This document shows, piece after piece, positions 62,525 through 64,000 of a DNA stretch of 64,000 bases. The notes below the pieces were generated by a model. That model saw nothing but the letters and a program-made list of their open reading frames with translations. It was not told the origin of the DNA and ran no database searches. A program made the translations under genes and the position numbers. Each line of letters begins with the position of its first letter. The first letter of the stretch is position 1. The stretch is from Enterobacterales bacterium (lineage in GTDB: Bacteria; Pseudomonadota; Gammaproteobacteria; Enterobacterales; GCA-002770795): positions 5,646-69,645 of the forward strand of contig JBFFIY010000004.1 in assembly GCA_041556195.1 (NCBI GenBank), read 5' to 3'.

Positions 62525-63499
62525 ATGTCAGCACTAGAAATACAAGGATTAAAAAAAACCTATGCCAATGGCGTTGTGGCACTAAAGGGTATCGACTTAA
62601 CGGTTGAAAAAGGCGATTTTTTTGCGTTGCTTGGACCTAATGGTGCAGGTAAATCAACGGCAATTGGGATCATGACCTCTTTGGTGAGCAAATCAGCTGG
62701 TAGCGTATCAATTTTCGGCCACGATTTAGAACATGATATGGAAGCAGCGAAACGCTGTTTAGGTTTGGTGCCGCAGGAATTTAACTTTAATCAATTTGAA
62801 ACCTGCCAACAGATTGTGGTGAACCAGGCAGGATTTTATGGCATACCCAGAAAAATTGCATTAGAACGTTCAGAAAAAATACTCTCTCAATTGAGTCTTT
62901 TAGATAAAAAAGACACCATTGCCAGAATGTTATCGGGTGGCATGAAGCGAAGACTCATGATTGCCAGAGCCTTGATGCACCGGCCTAAATTATTAGTACT
63001 CGATGAACCAACAGCGGGTGTAGATATAGAACTCAGACGATCAATGTGGGAATTTTTAATAGAGCTTAATCGCTCAGGCACCACCATTGTATTAACGACC
63101 CATTATCTGGAAGAAGCTGAAAGCTTATGTCGAAACATTGCCATTATCGATCAGGGAACTATCATCAAAAATACCAGCATGAAAGCCTTACTCAATACCC
63201 TGGAAACCGAAACCATCGTACTGGATTTAAAAATGGGACATGCTGCCATAAAAGATCTATCACCCTACAACTATCGGGTTGTTGATGAAAACACATTGGA
63301 AGTCGAAATAAAAAAACAAGAAGGTTTGAATGCATTATTTGCGCTGTTATCAAAACATACTATTGAAGTCTTAAGTATGAGAAATAAAGCGAATCGTTTA
63401 GAAGAATTATTTGTAAAATTGGTCAATGATGGAAAATCGGAACAAGGGAGCACACAACAATCAATTGTAGAACTACCTGTTAGAGGTACTGGTTCATGA
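62525..63499 (+). CDS. yadG: ABC transporter ATP-binding protein (ABC-2 type, YadG-like)
   Basis: Walker A GPNGAGKST, signature LSGGMKRRL, Walker B LLVLDEPT. Confidence 0.85.
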   Translation: MSALEIQGLKKTYANGVVALKGIDLTVEKGDFFALLGPNGAGKSTAIGIMTSLVSKSAGSVSIFGHDLEHDMEAAKRCLGLVPQEFNFNQFETCQQIVVNQAGFYGIPRKIALERSEKILSQLSLLDKKDTIARMLSGGMKRRLMIARALMHRPKLLVLDEPTAGVDIELRRSMWEFLIELNRSGTTIVLTTHYLEEAESLCRNIAIIDQGTIIKNTSMKALLNTLETETIVLDLKMGHAAIKDLSPYNYRVVDENTLEVEIKKQEGLNALFALLSKHTIEVLSMRNKANRLEELFVKLVNDGKSEQGSTQQSIVELPVRGTGS

Positions 63500-64000
63500 T
63501 GATGTTTAGTTATGAAAACCGCGTAGCTCTAAAAAGTATTTTGATCAAAGAAGTTACACGCTTTACCAGAATTTGGGTGCAAACACTTTTGCCACCAGCT
63601 ATTACCATGAGCTTATATTTTGTTATTTTTGGTAATCTAATTGGTAAACGTATTGGCACCATGGGTGGTTATAGTTACATGGAATATATTGTTCCTGGTT
63701 TAATCATGATGTCGGTAATTACCAACTCCTACTCGAATGTTGTTTCATCATTTTTTAGCGCAAAATTTCAAAGAAATGTAGAAGAACTAATGGTTTCCCC
63801 TGTACCTAATAGTATTATTCTAATGGGTTTTGTCGGTGGTGGTGTTATGCGGGGTTTACTTACAGGGTTAATAGTGACCACCGTTTCACTTTTCTTTGTT
63901 GACCTACATATACAACATTTGTTTATCGTAATATTAGTGGTTTTTATGACCTCAGTTTTATTTGCATTAGGCGGATTTTTGAATGCCGTTTTTGCAAAAA
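63496..64000 (+). CDS. yadH: ABC-2 type transporter permease (YadH-like), N-terminal part; runs off the window end
   Basis: Not in the ORF track because it is open-ended. My translation from the ATG at 63496 reads MMMFSYENRVALKSILIKEVTRFTRIWVQTLLPPAITMSLYFVIFGNLIGKRIGTMGGYSYMEYIVPGLIMMSVITNSYSNVVSSFFSAKFQRNVEELMVSPVP... This is close to E. coli YadH as I remember it. The start overlaps the ATPase stop (ATGA). Confidence 0.8.
   Translation, partial: MMMFSYENRVALKSILIKEVTRFTRIWVQTLLPPAITMSLYFVIFGNLIGKRIGTMGGYSYMEYIVPGLIMMSVITNSYSNVVSSFFSAKFQRNVEELMVSPVPNSIILMGFVGGGVMRGLLTGLIVTTVSLFFVDLHIQHLFIVILVVFMTSVLFALGGFLNAVFAK

Overview
This is a visibly AT-rich chromosomal window from a gammaproteobacterium. 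Supporting synteny: xseB-ispA sits next to a Vibrio-like pomAB stator pair, and erpA, anmK, an M23 peptidase and tyrS lie in one neighbourhood. I support 50 protein-coding genes, two of them open at the window edges. By eye I found no rRNA, tRNA or CRISPR array, but eye-scanning cannot exclude small RNA genes.

Most of the content is housekeeping:
- DNA repair and recombination: xthA, rmuC-addB-addA, sbcB.
- tyrS, dusA, mpl, ubiX, the psp genes and feoAB.

The parts that stand out are:
1. A translationally coupled three-gene operon (DinB-fold protein, NRDE/TANGO2-family protein, 1552-aa C-A-T-C NRPS) immediately downstream of feoAB. It has no thioesterase and an adenylation-domain code I cannot assign. 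This is my best candidate for an undescribed small-molecule system.
2. A pyrophosphate-economy cluster: soluble PPase, K+-dependent-type membrane PPase and a PPi-type phosphofructokinase, interrupted by an unusual Hpt-HD-GYP gene.
3. A small accessory islet between yjbQ and dusA. It holds a 261-bp insertion that duplicates the yjbQ 3' end, an AAA+/PD-(D/E)XK single-gene module, and a 7 x 23-bp iteron-like array.
4. A dispersed hairpin (REP-like) repeat family. Its sequence also forms the terminal inverted repeats of a 313-bp MITE-like element with a highly structured interior.
5. Three multi-domain c-di-GMP proteins, two carrying fused Hpt domains.
6. A run of eukaryote-type lipid-related domain proteins: MAPEG, lipase-like hydrolase, START and MRJP/yellow-like.

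All family assignments rest on motifs I recognise in the supplied translations. No database search was run.
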